A stretch of DNA of 64,000 bases from assembly GCA_035221665.1 (NCBI GenBank), contig CM069157.1, positions 5,456,001 through 5,520,000 on the forward strand, in the 5' to 3' direction. Position 1 is the first letter of the stretch. Every line of letters begins with the position of its first letter. This DNA comes from Okamejei kenojei (Eukaryota). A program made the position numbers and the translations under genes. Positions 24,932 to 36,636 of this stretch are shown piece by piece. Below the pieces are notes generated by a model. The model saw only the letters and a list, made by a program, of their open reading frames with translations. It made no database searches and was not told the origin of the DNA.

Positions 24932-27900
24932 CTGAAAGAACACATTTGTAATCAATTGTATTTTAATAAGCTATTGGAAAGAGTAAATTTAAAACACAAG
25001 TAAATTCCACATAACCAACCCTAAATAATTTTGAATAAAGCTTAAATAAACATATTATAGATAACTTGGATAATGACTTGTGTTGCAGCATAACTGTGTA
25101 GCCAATAGTATTGACAATGGTTTGATACTGTATTATAAAGAATACATCCCACTTACAGTGGAATACCACTAACTGCATGTTCCACTCTAAGCCACAATAA
25201 ATCCTAATTTAGAAATACATAACTATTCCATCATCCGCACTGGGTCTAACTATCGCGAGTAGATATGCGCTACTTGATCAGTCATATACTGTAGGAGAAC
25301 TGCAGCAGTCAAGAAACTCATTAATACTTTCTCAAGGACAATATGTGTGGGCTTCTCTACTTAACATAACTGAATGAAAAAGAACAATGAAAAATAAGGA
25401 AGTAGCAGGAGTTAGGAAATGTACAGGTTAAGATGCAGAGCTTGATCGTGTTCAAAGCAGCAAGTGAGTGGCATTATAACAACAGCATGCTGCCAGTACA
25501 GTGCATGCACAGGGTAACTGGTAACCGATGAAAGAAAAGCAGTTATCCAATGAGGGTAGAATATCGTTTGCAATAATTGTAGGGAAAATAAAAGGAAAAT
25601 GGCATATAAATGCAAAATAGTCCAGAATAATCAATAAACAAATGTAAAAAAGTCTGACAAAATATCACAAATTATAATAAAGTTGTAGCTGTGTCCTTGG
25701 AAGAATTAGTCACAAAGTTGTACAACATGGAAACAAGCCCTTTGGCCCAACTCATCCATGCTGATCAAGTTGCCAAATCAAGCTAGTCCGACTAGCCGGT
25801 ACCTGGACCATTTCCCTCCACATTTTCCTATATATACACCTTTCTGTGTCTTTTAAGTGTTCTAATTTTCCCATGCCTATCACTTCCTCCAGCATGGATA
25901 AAGGATTCCTATTGTTTACCCTTCATCAAAACATATTTCCCATCCACCCATTTTCAACCTTAGCAGATGACGCATTCTCTGAACAAAAATAAATGACCAC
26001 TCATTTAATATTAGTACTGCATCCAATTTGGTTTCAAATCTGTCAGGGAAAATACCAGAGAAGGAAACTGGTCAAAGTAAAGATTCCAGAAACATACAAT
26101 TAGGATATTAAAAGGATTAACTTGAATAATATGATTATTAATTTAACACACTAAAAACCATGTGAACCCTCAAAATCAAAACAAAGGCCCAAGGATGCCG
26201 ACTGATTAAATATAAGCAAAACGGGTTTTGCAGATTATATGCAAATTAAAAGAAAAACTCACAAAAAATAAAATACTTTGGAGAATTAGTGAAAACTAGC
26301 AACATTTTCGAATCAACTAAGCTTTAAACAGTGAAAGAGTATGAACAACTACTCTGTTGGGAACGAGAAGAGATTTTTTAGCCAGAGAAACATCAAATAT
26401 TTTATGGATCCACCAAACGATGCTCAAGGACATGTCATAAAGGAATATAACCTAAATAAAAATTCTGCACTGATCTTAGCTCTTAAATATGATCCTCAAC
26501 TATCAGTATTATGTGATTGGAATACTGTTAATGTTATAATAGAAGGGTGAAATGTTTTAGAAGAATAAACTATAATAGATCAAGCTGCCTACATGGACCA
26601 TATCCATGCAAGTGCCTGAAAAAATGTGCAACATGCTTAAAAATGCAGTAACATTCCAGGCAATTCTTTGAATTATTTTGAGAGTGAATTATCCAGGAGT
26701 TAAGCAGCTCAATTTCAACAAACAATTTAAATGTTTTTTTCAGAACATGTATTAAGAATTGCTAAATACACACAATTTGACATTTCAGCTTCCTACTGCT
26801 ATCATAGTGCATTCTATTTTTGTAATATTTGTCTGAGGGAATTATAATACACATGGATATGATTAGTTTATTTATGGGATAAAGAGTTCTCAAAGCCATA
26901 ACTGTGACTCATTAGCCACAGGGGGAATGGAGTGGCACAGTAAGCTGCTGCATCTCAACGCTAGCGACATTAACTGGCTAATCTACCCTGGGGGGGGGGG
27001 GGGGGAAGAGAGAGAAATATGGGGAGAGTAATGGACACAAGAGACTGTAGAAGCTGTAGTTATGATCAAAACTTAGTTATGGAGGATAGTGAATCAGGTA
27101 GCATCTGTGAAGGGAATGGACAGATAACATTTCAGGATGGGACCCTTCTTCAGACTCCTTGTTGTTCATCCCCTCTACAGATCCTGCCTGATCCTCTGAA
27201 TTCTTACAGTACTTTTGTTTTTTGTATGGGTGGGGGGGGGGGGGGGGGGGGGGAGTAAAATTAGTTAGGTTAGGATCGGTGTGAAAACGCATGGCTGATT
27301 TTCAGTCCTCACTTGGTGTGCTGAAGATGTTTCACTTTTTGTGTTGTGCCTTTCTAGGATTCTATGATGCTTAAATGCTTAGCCTCACATAGCTGTAATG
27401 AAATATATGCAGGGTTTAACCCTTACATTACAGGAGTAAAGTCTAATGTTTTCAGGGTACTTTGGAGCACCAATATTTGATAAATACCTGAGGTCTACAT
27501 CAACTGATTGTTGGAGAATATCATGGGGGTAAGTTGCAAAACAGTGCTCTCTGTCGGGAACAATGAATTACCAAAATATTTCTTGGATTTTCTCAACTAT
27601 GCAAATATGCATCATAGTTACTGCTGTCAATTTCACTCTGTAACGACTGTGAATGCCAACAGTTTTGTTGGCGTTATTACCACAAATTCCAGGTCTTTCA
27701 TGAAACAGTTCTGGAAATAGTTGAACTAACTACAAATGCTTGTTTCATTAGTTTTAAATAATCGTATTTTTGCATTAGCTTTCAGTATGCTATGGAATAT
27801 TGTAAATAATAGCCATCTAAATAATATTTTGAGCTACCTAAAAAAAGTTGTTAAAATTCTAACCAAATTATAATGCAGCCCAGCTCTTTTTTTATATTTA

Positions 27901-28117
27901 ACCATCTTGAAGTATTCTAATTTCTACTGCCATGAAATCAGCGTACTTGCACAAGATTTCAAAATTTACATACTCTATCATTTTACACACATTAGTAATT
28001 ACATGGTAATTATATTTAGTACCCATGCATACCCAAGCAAAGCACTTAACATTTTCAAACACATTATAAACAAATATAATCTTGATTAAAACAAATTAAG
28101 AGAAAACAGCTGTACAC

Positions 28118-28193
28118 CTTGTTATATCTTCAGTCAGCTGTGCAGGGTCTGGAGGGTAAAACTTCACATTGAAAGTAAAATCCCATGGACCAC
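28118..28193 (-). CDS. EPB41: EPB41 exon 7 [24 protein letters not shown](R)
   Basis: cttcag|GTGGT ... AAG|gtgtac; 76 nt; VKFYPPDP motif. Confidence 0.95.
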
Positions 28194-28894
28194 CTGAAGC
28201 AGAAAGAAACAATGTGTTGTCATTAAACCCTGACCGTCTACAATCCACCAAACCTCAATTCACTTTCTAACTCAAATCGACAATCCATAGCCCATCCCCC
28301 AATCGTGACCCTGGCCCATGGATCACAGCACCGTTAAACTGGACCAGGTTTGGTAAGTGTATCATTTGACTCCATCCTCCCTGCTCCATATTTTAGCTCT
28401 GACCCCCAAGTTCCCAATTGTTCTACTGCAGCTTTGGCCCTACATTACCTAGATTCCCTTAGAATCACTGCTTGCTTCCAACTCTGGCTGTGATCCCCAT
28501 CATCCCCCATCAGTTGCAAGTTCTGATTCAGCCTTCAGGATCTAGACCTGACCTTCAATGATAATTTCTTTTGCAAATATTCAAGGCATTAAAATCAGAG
28601 AGACCATTGAGAGAATGCGTCCAAGTGCAAAACAGAATTTTAAAAAGAAATCCAAGCTATCATGAAATCCCTAATGTGTACAAAATAAAAGTACTGCTTA
28701 TGCCAATGTTACATTACCAACATGTTCAGATTTATTTGGTGAGGAATTTATAAACAAGTAGCTGTGGGCAATCCTTCAATGATCATTTAGGAATTTGTGG
28801 AATTTCCTGCCACAGAGGGTAGTGGAGGCCAATTCACTGGATGGACTTAAGAGAGAGTTAGATAGAGCTCTAGGGGCTAGTGGAATCAAGGGAT

Positions 28895-29414
28895 CAGAGA
28901 TGCCAACCCTAAATTTAGTTCACAGTAACATTCAACCCATTTGTCCGTAACAAATGGGGTTAAATGCATTTCTCTCCGTAACATACTCACTTGGGGTTGT
29001 TGCCGGCGGCTATGCGCCTGCGCACTGGTGCAGATCAGCGGGCTGCCGGCGGGCGGGTGCGGCACATGCGCACTTGGCAAAGGGTGCCGGCGGGTCTTGC
29101 GCCTGCGCACTGGGTGGGGGTGGGGTGGGGTGGGGGTGGGGGGGAGGCCCCGGTGATGGGGCTGCCGCGAGCGGCCGCTGCGGCTTCAAGAAAAGTGCCG
29201 CTGATCGCGCGGGCCGGCGCCGCCCGGGCTCTGGGCCGGGCGTGGCTGCGAGCTGCCGGGCTGGCAAACCGGGGGCACATGGCGCCGGCGTTCACCACGG
29301 GAGGAACACCGGCGCGGCGGTGTTCCGTAACAACATGTTTGGCTGCCGGAACACCGTAAAAAGGTTATTTCGCCGGGACAAAATACGGCGAATCCGGGAC
29401 ACTTGGCATCTCTG
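28895..29414. mobile_element. CpG-rich non-autonomous hAT element inserted in a CR1 fragment (28790-29545)
   Basis: Perfect 12-bp TIR CAGAGATGCCAA; perfect 8-bp TSD CAAGGGAT (28887-28894, 29415-29422). Confidence 0.9.
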
Positions 29415-29651
29415 CAAGGGATATGGGGAGAAGCAGGCATGGGTTATTGATTGGGGACAATCAGCCATGATCACAATGAATGGCGGTGCTGGCTCGAAGG
29501 GTCGAATGGCCTCCTCCTGCATCTATTTTCTATGTTTCTATGTTGCACAGACAAACTCTTAGAAGCTTTGGAGTACATCAGACAATAGAATCCTGCTATT
29601 GAGTAAACCAGATAAGTGATTTTAGATTAATTGGATGAGAAAATATCTTAC

Positions 29652-29694
29652 CCTGCATTTGCTTCTTAATCTCTTTGGTAAGATCCAGCCAACT
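29652..29694 (-). CDS. EPB41: EPB41 exon 6 SWLDLTKEIKKQMQ(G)
   Basis: tttcag|AGTTGG ... CAGG|gtaag; 43 nt; WLD..KEIKKQ motif. Confidence 0.93.
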
Positions 29695-29869
29695 CTGAAA
29701 TCATAAAAAATGTTACATGAACTGTTTGTTTGACAAATATAAATATAAATCAAATTGTGGAGCAAATCCTGAACAATGGGTTCAACATATTAGTGAAGTC
29801 ACCACAACTATAATCATAAATCTCCTTTAGCATATTCAAAAGAAAAAAAAAAAACAACCTGTAGCCAAT

Positions 29870-30520
29870 ACCTCCTAATCCAGGCATCATTCTGGTAAAC
29901 ATCCTATGCACGCTTTCCAAAGCCTCCACATCATTCCTGTATCGGGGTGGCCTGAACTACATGCAATACTCCAAATGCAGCCTAACCAAAGTCCTATAAA
30001 GTTGCATCATGACTTCCTGACTCTTATACTCAATGCCCCAACATATATACAAGGGTACCATTCGCTTTCTTTACCACCATCTACTAGCATTGCCATTTTC
30101 AGGGGGTTATGGACTTGGTCCCCAAAATCCCTTTGTACATCAATGCTGTTAAGGGTCATTCCATTAATTGTATATTTTCCACTTACATTTGACCTCCCAA
30201 AGTTCAACACCTCACACTTGGTCGGATTAAACTCCATTTGTCATTCCTCTGCCCATTTCTGTAGCTGATCTATATCCTTCGATAGCCTTCCTCACTATCC
30301 ACAATCCCAGCATCTTGGCATCATCTGCGAACTTACTAATCAAGCCGTCCACACTTGTGTCCAGGTCATTTATATGTATCACAAAGACCAGAGGTCCTAG
30401 CATGGATCATTGCGGAGCTTCACTGGTCACAGATCTACAGCCTGAATATTGTCCTTCCACCACAACCCTCTGTAGTCTATCAATAGGCCAGTTTCGAATC
30501 CATAAGACCAAGTCACTGAT
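29870..30520 (-). mobile_element. CR1 LINE ORF2 (RT C-terminal) remnant
   Basis: MEFNPTKCEVLNFGRSN..YTING..QRD.G motif; FADDAK-like motif near 30315-30335. Confidence 0.8.
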
Positions 30521-33075
30521 AATCCCACATATATTTTATCTGGTTTCCATACAATATTTTTATAACCTCCTGATAATTTTACATATCAATCAACCTTTAA
30601 ACCAATACCTCATTAGGGCAACTCTGACATGAAACTTTATTTGTAAACCCAGAGTCCCCAATTTACCATCATGAAATATTATGAGCAGAAATGCCCACAT
30701 GGAGTTAAGAGTGCTGCCTTTTGCTAAAAATGCCAGATTATCAAACAGATTATAAAAATTTCAAATCCCAAGATATTCAGTTTTGGTGCCCAAAAATTAA
30801 AATGTTTTGTTTTCCATAAACATGTTCAATATATGGAACTAATAAATAAAGATCAGGTAATAGCTGGTGTTCTGATATTACGAGATTCTAATTAATGACA
30901 AATAATGCGGATTACAACTCTGGCTCACAATTGACTCCATGTTCAGTTATTCAGATCACATTCAGCTCTCAAAACCCAGGGATAATGACAAGTGTTTGAT
31001 AGCACTATTTAACCTTACTCATCAAATAAACCAAAGGTATAATTCAGCCATTCAAATGGTTCTAAATAGAAATGAAATTATCTTTGAGGGTTCATTCATC
31101 CATTATTGTCTCCCAGCTGTGATGGAAAGTGATAACTGAACTCCTTATACAATCAAAATCACCGTACAGACCATTTAACCCGTGAACAAAATACTTTGGA
31201 TAAAAAGTATAATTTATCAAATTGCACAGCAATCACATCTCAATAGGAAGCAAAATTAATGCGATGTTTCAAATGACACAACATGCATAAAGTGCTCAGT
31301 ATTTATGTTATGTGTACAATCCAAATGCAGACCAATCACGACTTCTTTGAAATACACAGCAGGCTCAGTCACAGACATCACCTACTACTGGAGGAGCAAA
31401 TAGGAAAAATAGTCTCAATACTAGTTCACCAGCACTTTATCTAGCACAATGCTCTGTTCTGCTTTTACAAGTCCAATAGCATCTCACAGGTATCTACCAA
31501 CTTGATATTGCCATGCAATTTACTTCATCATGGGAATACACTGAGCCCCATTCTATAGAACCTGCAACAGTACTTTAAATGGCAAACTGTTCCTCATTTA
31601 GTTGAAAGCCAATATAAATCCTTACTATAAAAGCACTAAAGTAATAGAATACCTGCACCATTAATGTTAGTTGATAAATAATCTAAACTACCAATCTATC
31701 CATTTATTCACCTTCAGGAACATTTTCCAGATACATCTTTCCTGCCAAATCTTATTAAATATTTGCTCATATTTCTTAACATCTTCATCATTTAATACCA
31801 ACACAAATTTTCAGAGCAGATGTGTTTAATACAAGGAGCAAAGGACTTTATTTACACAGAACATCATAAAAACAATGTTGTCCTTTGCTGGACATAAAAG
31901 ATTACAGGGAGATTTAATAGAGACAGATGTTCAGAATAAGAGAGTGTTTTGATGAAGTAAACAGATAGATGTAAGTGGCACAAGGGTCATAGGTACAATT
32001 TTGGAAGATGACTGATAGAAGAACCAGAGATAAGATAAGTTTTGTTTTTATGTAGTGAGTTACTCTGATCTGTAATGAGTTAACTGTTATGAGCTAAATG
32101 TAAGTGCAGTGAGAACAGATTTAATAATTATTTTCAAAGGGAAATTGGATACATTCTTGAAGGAAAAAAAAAAAGCTAGACTATGGGGAGAAGAGTTAGT
32201 GAATACTAATTGGTTGGGTCTTCACAAGACTTGGCTTCCTTATGTGTGGTATGATTCTGTGAAATGTAGGAAAGGAACAGCTTGCAAGAATATATAAATT
32301 CTGGCACTTTCACACATCCAGAAAAGCCTTACAAATAATCCATTATTCCATGATGCCATGGTTTTCTTTATATTCAAGAAGTTCTACTATAACACGATAG
32401 TTACATTCATAAGAAACTTTATGTTATAGAAAAATCACATTGTAAAAGCAATTGTGTTAGTGGGGAAAGGAGATTAGCAGTTACAGAAGTTATTTCTCTC
32501 ATCGGGTTTCAAAAATAAATATCCTTTTAATAGCTATAACTTTTTTTGTTACTGCATATTAAAACCATTAATGGATGTACAGTACATTGTTTAATAGAGT
32601 ATCATTGCACCCATGTAAAAATAAGTGATTGGTTGTCAGTTACAAGGGCCACCTGTAGTGAAACTGACAAGACTGTTTCTTCTGGACAATCACAGGGAGA
32701 TTACATGGAAACAGTTCCCCCCTCCCCAAGGGTTTTTTCTCCTCCAATTCAGTTTTTCTTTCTACTTGTCAATTTTTGAAATAACTTAAGTGTTTCCCTT
32801 ACTCACAATAGAAATTGCTTCATAACCAATTTGGCCTGCATGATACAAATAGTGCTGCCTGATTTATCAATATTCAATTTGTGGTATGAAAATACACATC
32901 ATAGCAGAACTTCCTGTATTTACAATTCAAAGGTGAACATTACTTGCTTACATCCGACAGGTTATTATGCTGAATTATCAAATCAAAATTTAAACGCCAC
33001 AATAAGAAAGAAAAAGGATGGCTAGATTTTGACATGAATATTGCCTGATTTTGAAAATAAAATAAAGTTTCTTAC

Positions 33076-33180
33076 TCTCTGATTTGTTGAATCCCAAAAG
33101 GCCAGTCCAAAATAGTCCTTCTCCAGAAGATTAAGATGTTGACACACTTTAGTGAACAGCTCATGCCCCTTGGAATGTCT
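33076..33180 (-). CDS. EPB41: EPB41 exon 5 (FERM N-lobe) RHSKGHELFTKVCQHLNLLEKDYFGLAFWDSTNQR
   Basis: tacag|AGACAT ... AGA|gtaag; 105 nt; HLNLLEKDYFGL FERM motif. Confidence 0.95.
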
Positions 33181-34675
33181 CTGTATCAACAAGGATATAT
33201 TACAGTATTTTAATATGTATCAGTTTGCGGTACCATGATTTAAGAGATGGAATACTTTTAATATTCAATATTAAAGCCAATTCATACAACATCACCAAGT
33301 ATTGCACATGCATTATTGCTGTGTAATTACACATGTTGTCACGAGGTTTTGGAGAAGCATAATTTATAGTGCAATTTCCATTACAGTGCCCATTTAAATT
33401 GTGAACAACAATTGGCGGTGCAAGTAAAAATTTTGTTCCAGCAACAGTACCTTGAGTAATACAATACTGAAATAAAGACTTGTTTGTTGTAGCATCTGAG
33501 AAATCTGCACTTAAGTAATCTGCAACTTGCCAATATACAATTAAGCCTGGTGACAACAATGATTGAGGTGACTTTGTCAATGATTACTATCATCCCTTTG
33601 TTAAGTCTGATTTTTATTTTTTGGAATGACATTTAGCTTTTGCATTTAAACAGACTCCCGTCAACTGGCAAATTAATGCATCTCCCTGGATATTAAAATT
33701 AGAGAGGACCCACTGTTCGGCCATGCTAAGAGCACTTCAAGCAGCTATAATGCACTGTGTGGGCAGTTCAGCTCTGGGGTTTTGCATCCATTGACAATCA
33801 AAGAAAGGTTAGGCTCAGAAGTCCAGTTCGCGAAAAACTAACATGCTCTAGTAAACCAAACTATCTATATTGGATAGAAATTCATTCTTGCTATTTTTGA
33901 AAATTGCTTACCTGCATTTGATGCAAAATAACCAACTCGTTTGTAACACTGCAAAATTATTTTTAGAGACAAGTGACTTTACCACTGAAAGCCTACTGAT
34001 TCTTTCCCAGAAATATAAAGCTAAGACAAAATTGCCATAAACAAAATCAGTATTTTTCTCCTCCCTTAAAACCCAGCCATAGCTAGCTCATCCGTGGCAG
34101 GTTTAGCTATTCTGCTCTCAAACCTTTTTCAAACCCGCCAGTTTATTATACTGTAGGTCTTGGCAGTTCATTCGTGCTTCTCTGTTAAAATAAGGTGGCT
34201 AGACTCATGATAGTGAGCTGGTGTCCCACCGCACTACAGAACCTCTCTCATTCAACTCATCAAATAGTGATTAAGCATTTAAGTTTACAACAGAGAAATT
34301 GCAAACCAAAGATGCAGAAGATTTTGTGATGGGAGGATTAGAAAAAGAGTGGAACACCCCAGAGCATTCTTGCACACCTAGTGGCTAGTTAAATGGTGCA
34401 AATACCTGGAGGCAGGTTATCGTCCCATCCTCTCAGTTGGAGAACAGTGCAGTACGACCAAAGAGTAGGCGGGAAAACAAATAAAAATTTGTTTCACACA
34501 TATTGCCTTGAAGTTTATCTTCAATGCAGACTATTACTGGGCAGACCGCCTTTTGGTTACAAGGTTTTAGAAGTATCTATGAACCTCTCTGGCCAAGTTG
34601 ACACCTAAAAACTTAGTCATCAGTTGAAAGCCACAGAGAAAATATTAAATGCAAGAAAGAGTGCATTATTCTTAC

Positions 34676-34888
34676 CTCAACGTCACACTGAAATTCAGTT
34701 TCATCCAAAAGAGTCACCTTACAGTGCATGGTTTTTGATTTTTTGGCAACCTTGAGTGGTGGTTTTAAATCCTTACTGGTTTTTAACTCTGTACTTTCAG
34801 TTTTTTCCTCAGTAACATCTAGCTTTACTTCATCCTTAACTTCAGAAGCCTTTTCTGGGCCAATATCTTCTTTTTCCTCTTGGGCTGG
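34676..34888 (-). CDS. EPB41: EPB41 exon 4 (U1 end, AUG2, FERM start) PAQEE...KTMHCKVTLLDETEFQCDVE
   Basis: ttacag|CCAGCC ... GAG|gtaag; 213 nt, phase 0-0; AUG2 (ACCATGC) at 34729-34727. Confidence 0.95.
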
Positions 34889-36150
34889 CTGTAACAAACA
34901 AAATTGTTAAGCAACTGTTCCAAATTATCGCGTGAATTTCAGGAGTCTTCAGCCCTGAGGATCACATTTCTTTTTACATTGAAATTAATATACTTTAAAG
35001 AGCAATAATTGACAAATGCCCTTCAGATTTAAATAAGACAACACTACTAAAATCAATTGAAACTCTGATGGGGAAAAAACAACTATGATCCATGACAAAA
35101 AGGAATCAATTTCTTGGGATTCACAGGTGGATTTTTGAGTTAACCATCATTAACAAGTGTTGCCATTGTCCATAGGCTATAATTTTCACTGCATTGTTTT
35201 GATCAGGTGAACTCTGGTTCAATAATGACAACATAAAAAGTTATTCTATTTCTAAATATTTATTTTCCACATTTATCAGTAAATCATCAGTAAAGCTCTC
35301 ATCCACAGGTAAAACTTTACAAGCTGTACACTAAAATAAACACAATTATTCTGATAAATGGATGGAGAAACTAGTATCCATCCAAAACCATTCTTGAAAT
35401 GGAAAACACCCTTCCTCATACCAATCATTAAGCCCTGTAGCTACGCGGATGATCTTGGTTTAATCATCATTTATTAAGGACCTATTGCCCATCTATGGGC
35501 GTATTTATTTAAAATGAGTGGCAATTTTTAAAAGATGTACGAAAAGGTTCATTCCTCTCTCAAGTCTTATTGAGTTTCCACCATTTTATGAGGTTTCTTT
35601 ACAATCAAACTTCTGATTGCATAGAGGACAAAGATTAGTCTTGGAAACCAATGCTTTGCAAGCTGTTCATACTTGCAAAACAGAAGCAACTGTCTAAAAG
35701 TGACTTTCAATTGTAACATACATTACATCAATTCTAGGGTAAAATGGTAAACAAAAATGGCAGCAAGTCAGAAAATTCAACAATATTTTTAAATTCCAAT
35801 TTTAACTAACATTGATAACGAGCTAAATTTTTGATATGTAATAAAAGCTATTCCCCCAGTGGCCTGGCTACAATGCATATGGTATTTATTTCAACATTAT
35901 AGTGCTTGAGCCAAAGTTTCATTCAATTCAAAGAAAGCAATTGTTCCACACGGAGAAACATTCCACCGATTTATATTTCTTTTGCAAGACATTGCTATTG
36001 CAGAGTAGCTAGTGCAATTCTGGATGGAGCATTGCTTTGTGGCAACAAAAAGTTCCCATTGCATGCAAGACCAGACTTAAAACAATCAAATACATTTTTA
36101 CATCATGTGGCTATTAAGCACAAATGTATTCTAAAAAAAGAACCAATTAC

Positions 36151-36636
36151 CTGAGTTTCAGCACTGCTAACAGAATGCAAATCTAATGTTGCTTCTTCGT
36201 CAATGTTATCATCCAGCTCCTGATCTGCGATAGGCGCTCCTTGCCCAACTAATTCGCCTTCTTCTGTTTGCTTTATTGAATCTAGTGGTTGCTCTGGTAT
36301 TGCGTTGCTGGGTTCAGAAGTGACACCAACCTCCTTTCCACTTTCCTCTTCTGAAATCTGAGACTTGGGTCTTTTAAACCAGCCAGGCAAGAAACGAGAC
36401 AAGCCTTTGCTACCGGATGACTGCTCCTTCGCTGCCTCCTCTGTGTTGGTTGGAATACCATTGACTGGTGTTGTTGGCTTGTTCTGGTCTCCACCCGTTT
36501 GCTTGTCCACCACCTCTTCCAACTGCTGATTCTCCTTTGGCTGACTTTCCGGTTTGTCAAACTTGGGAGGCTCTTGTTCAGAACTTGGCTGCTGTGGATT
36601 TCCTGTGGCAGCACTCAAGCTAATTTCTGTTGTCAT
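36151..36636 (-). CDS. EPB41: EPB41 exon 2 coding part (U1 headpiece, AUG1), MTTEISLS...LDLHSVSSAETQ
   Basis: Acceptor ttttaag|GCTCATCATG (exon starts 36643), ATG at 36636, donor CAG|gtaatt at 36151/36150; 162 codons; contains GLSRF..FKRPKSQISEEE like 4.1R. Confidence 0.93.

Noticed and set aside
28886-29562. Cluster of overlapping GC-rich ORFs, possible gene promoter CpG island
   Set aside because: Bounded by hAT TIRs and an 8-bp TSD; the ORFs reflect stop-poor GC content.
33912-33948. Cryptic 37-nt exon with a strong CAG|GTAAGC donor in intron 4
   Set aside because: Frameshifting, weak pyrimidine tract, no homology; could be a poison exon but unsupported.
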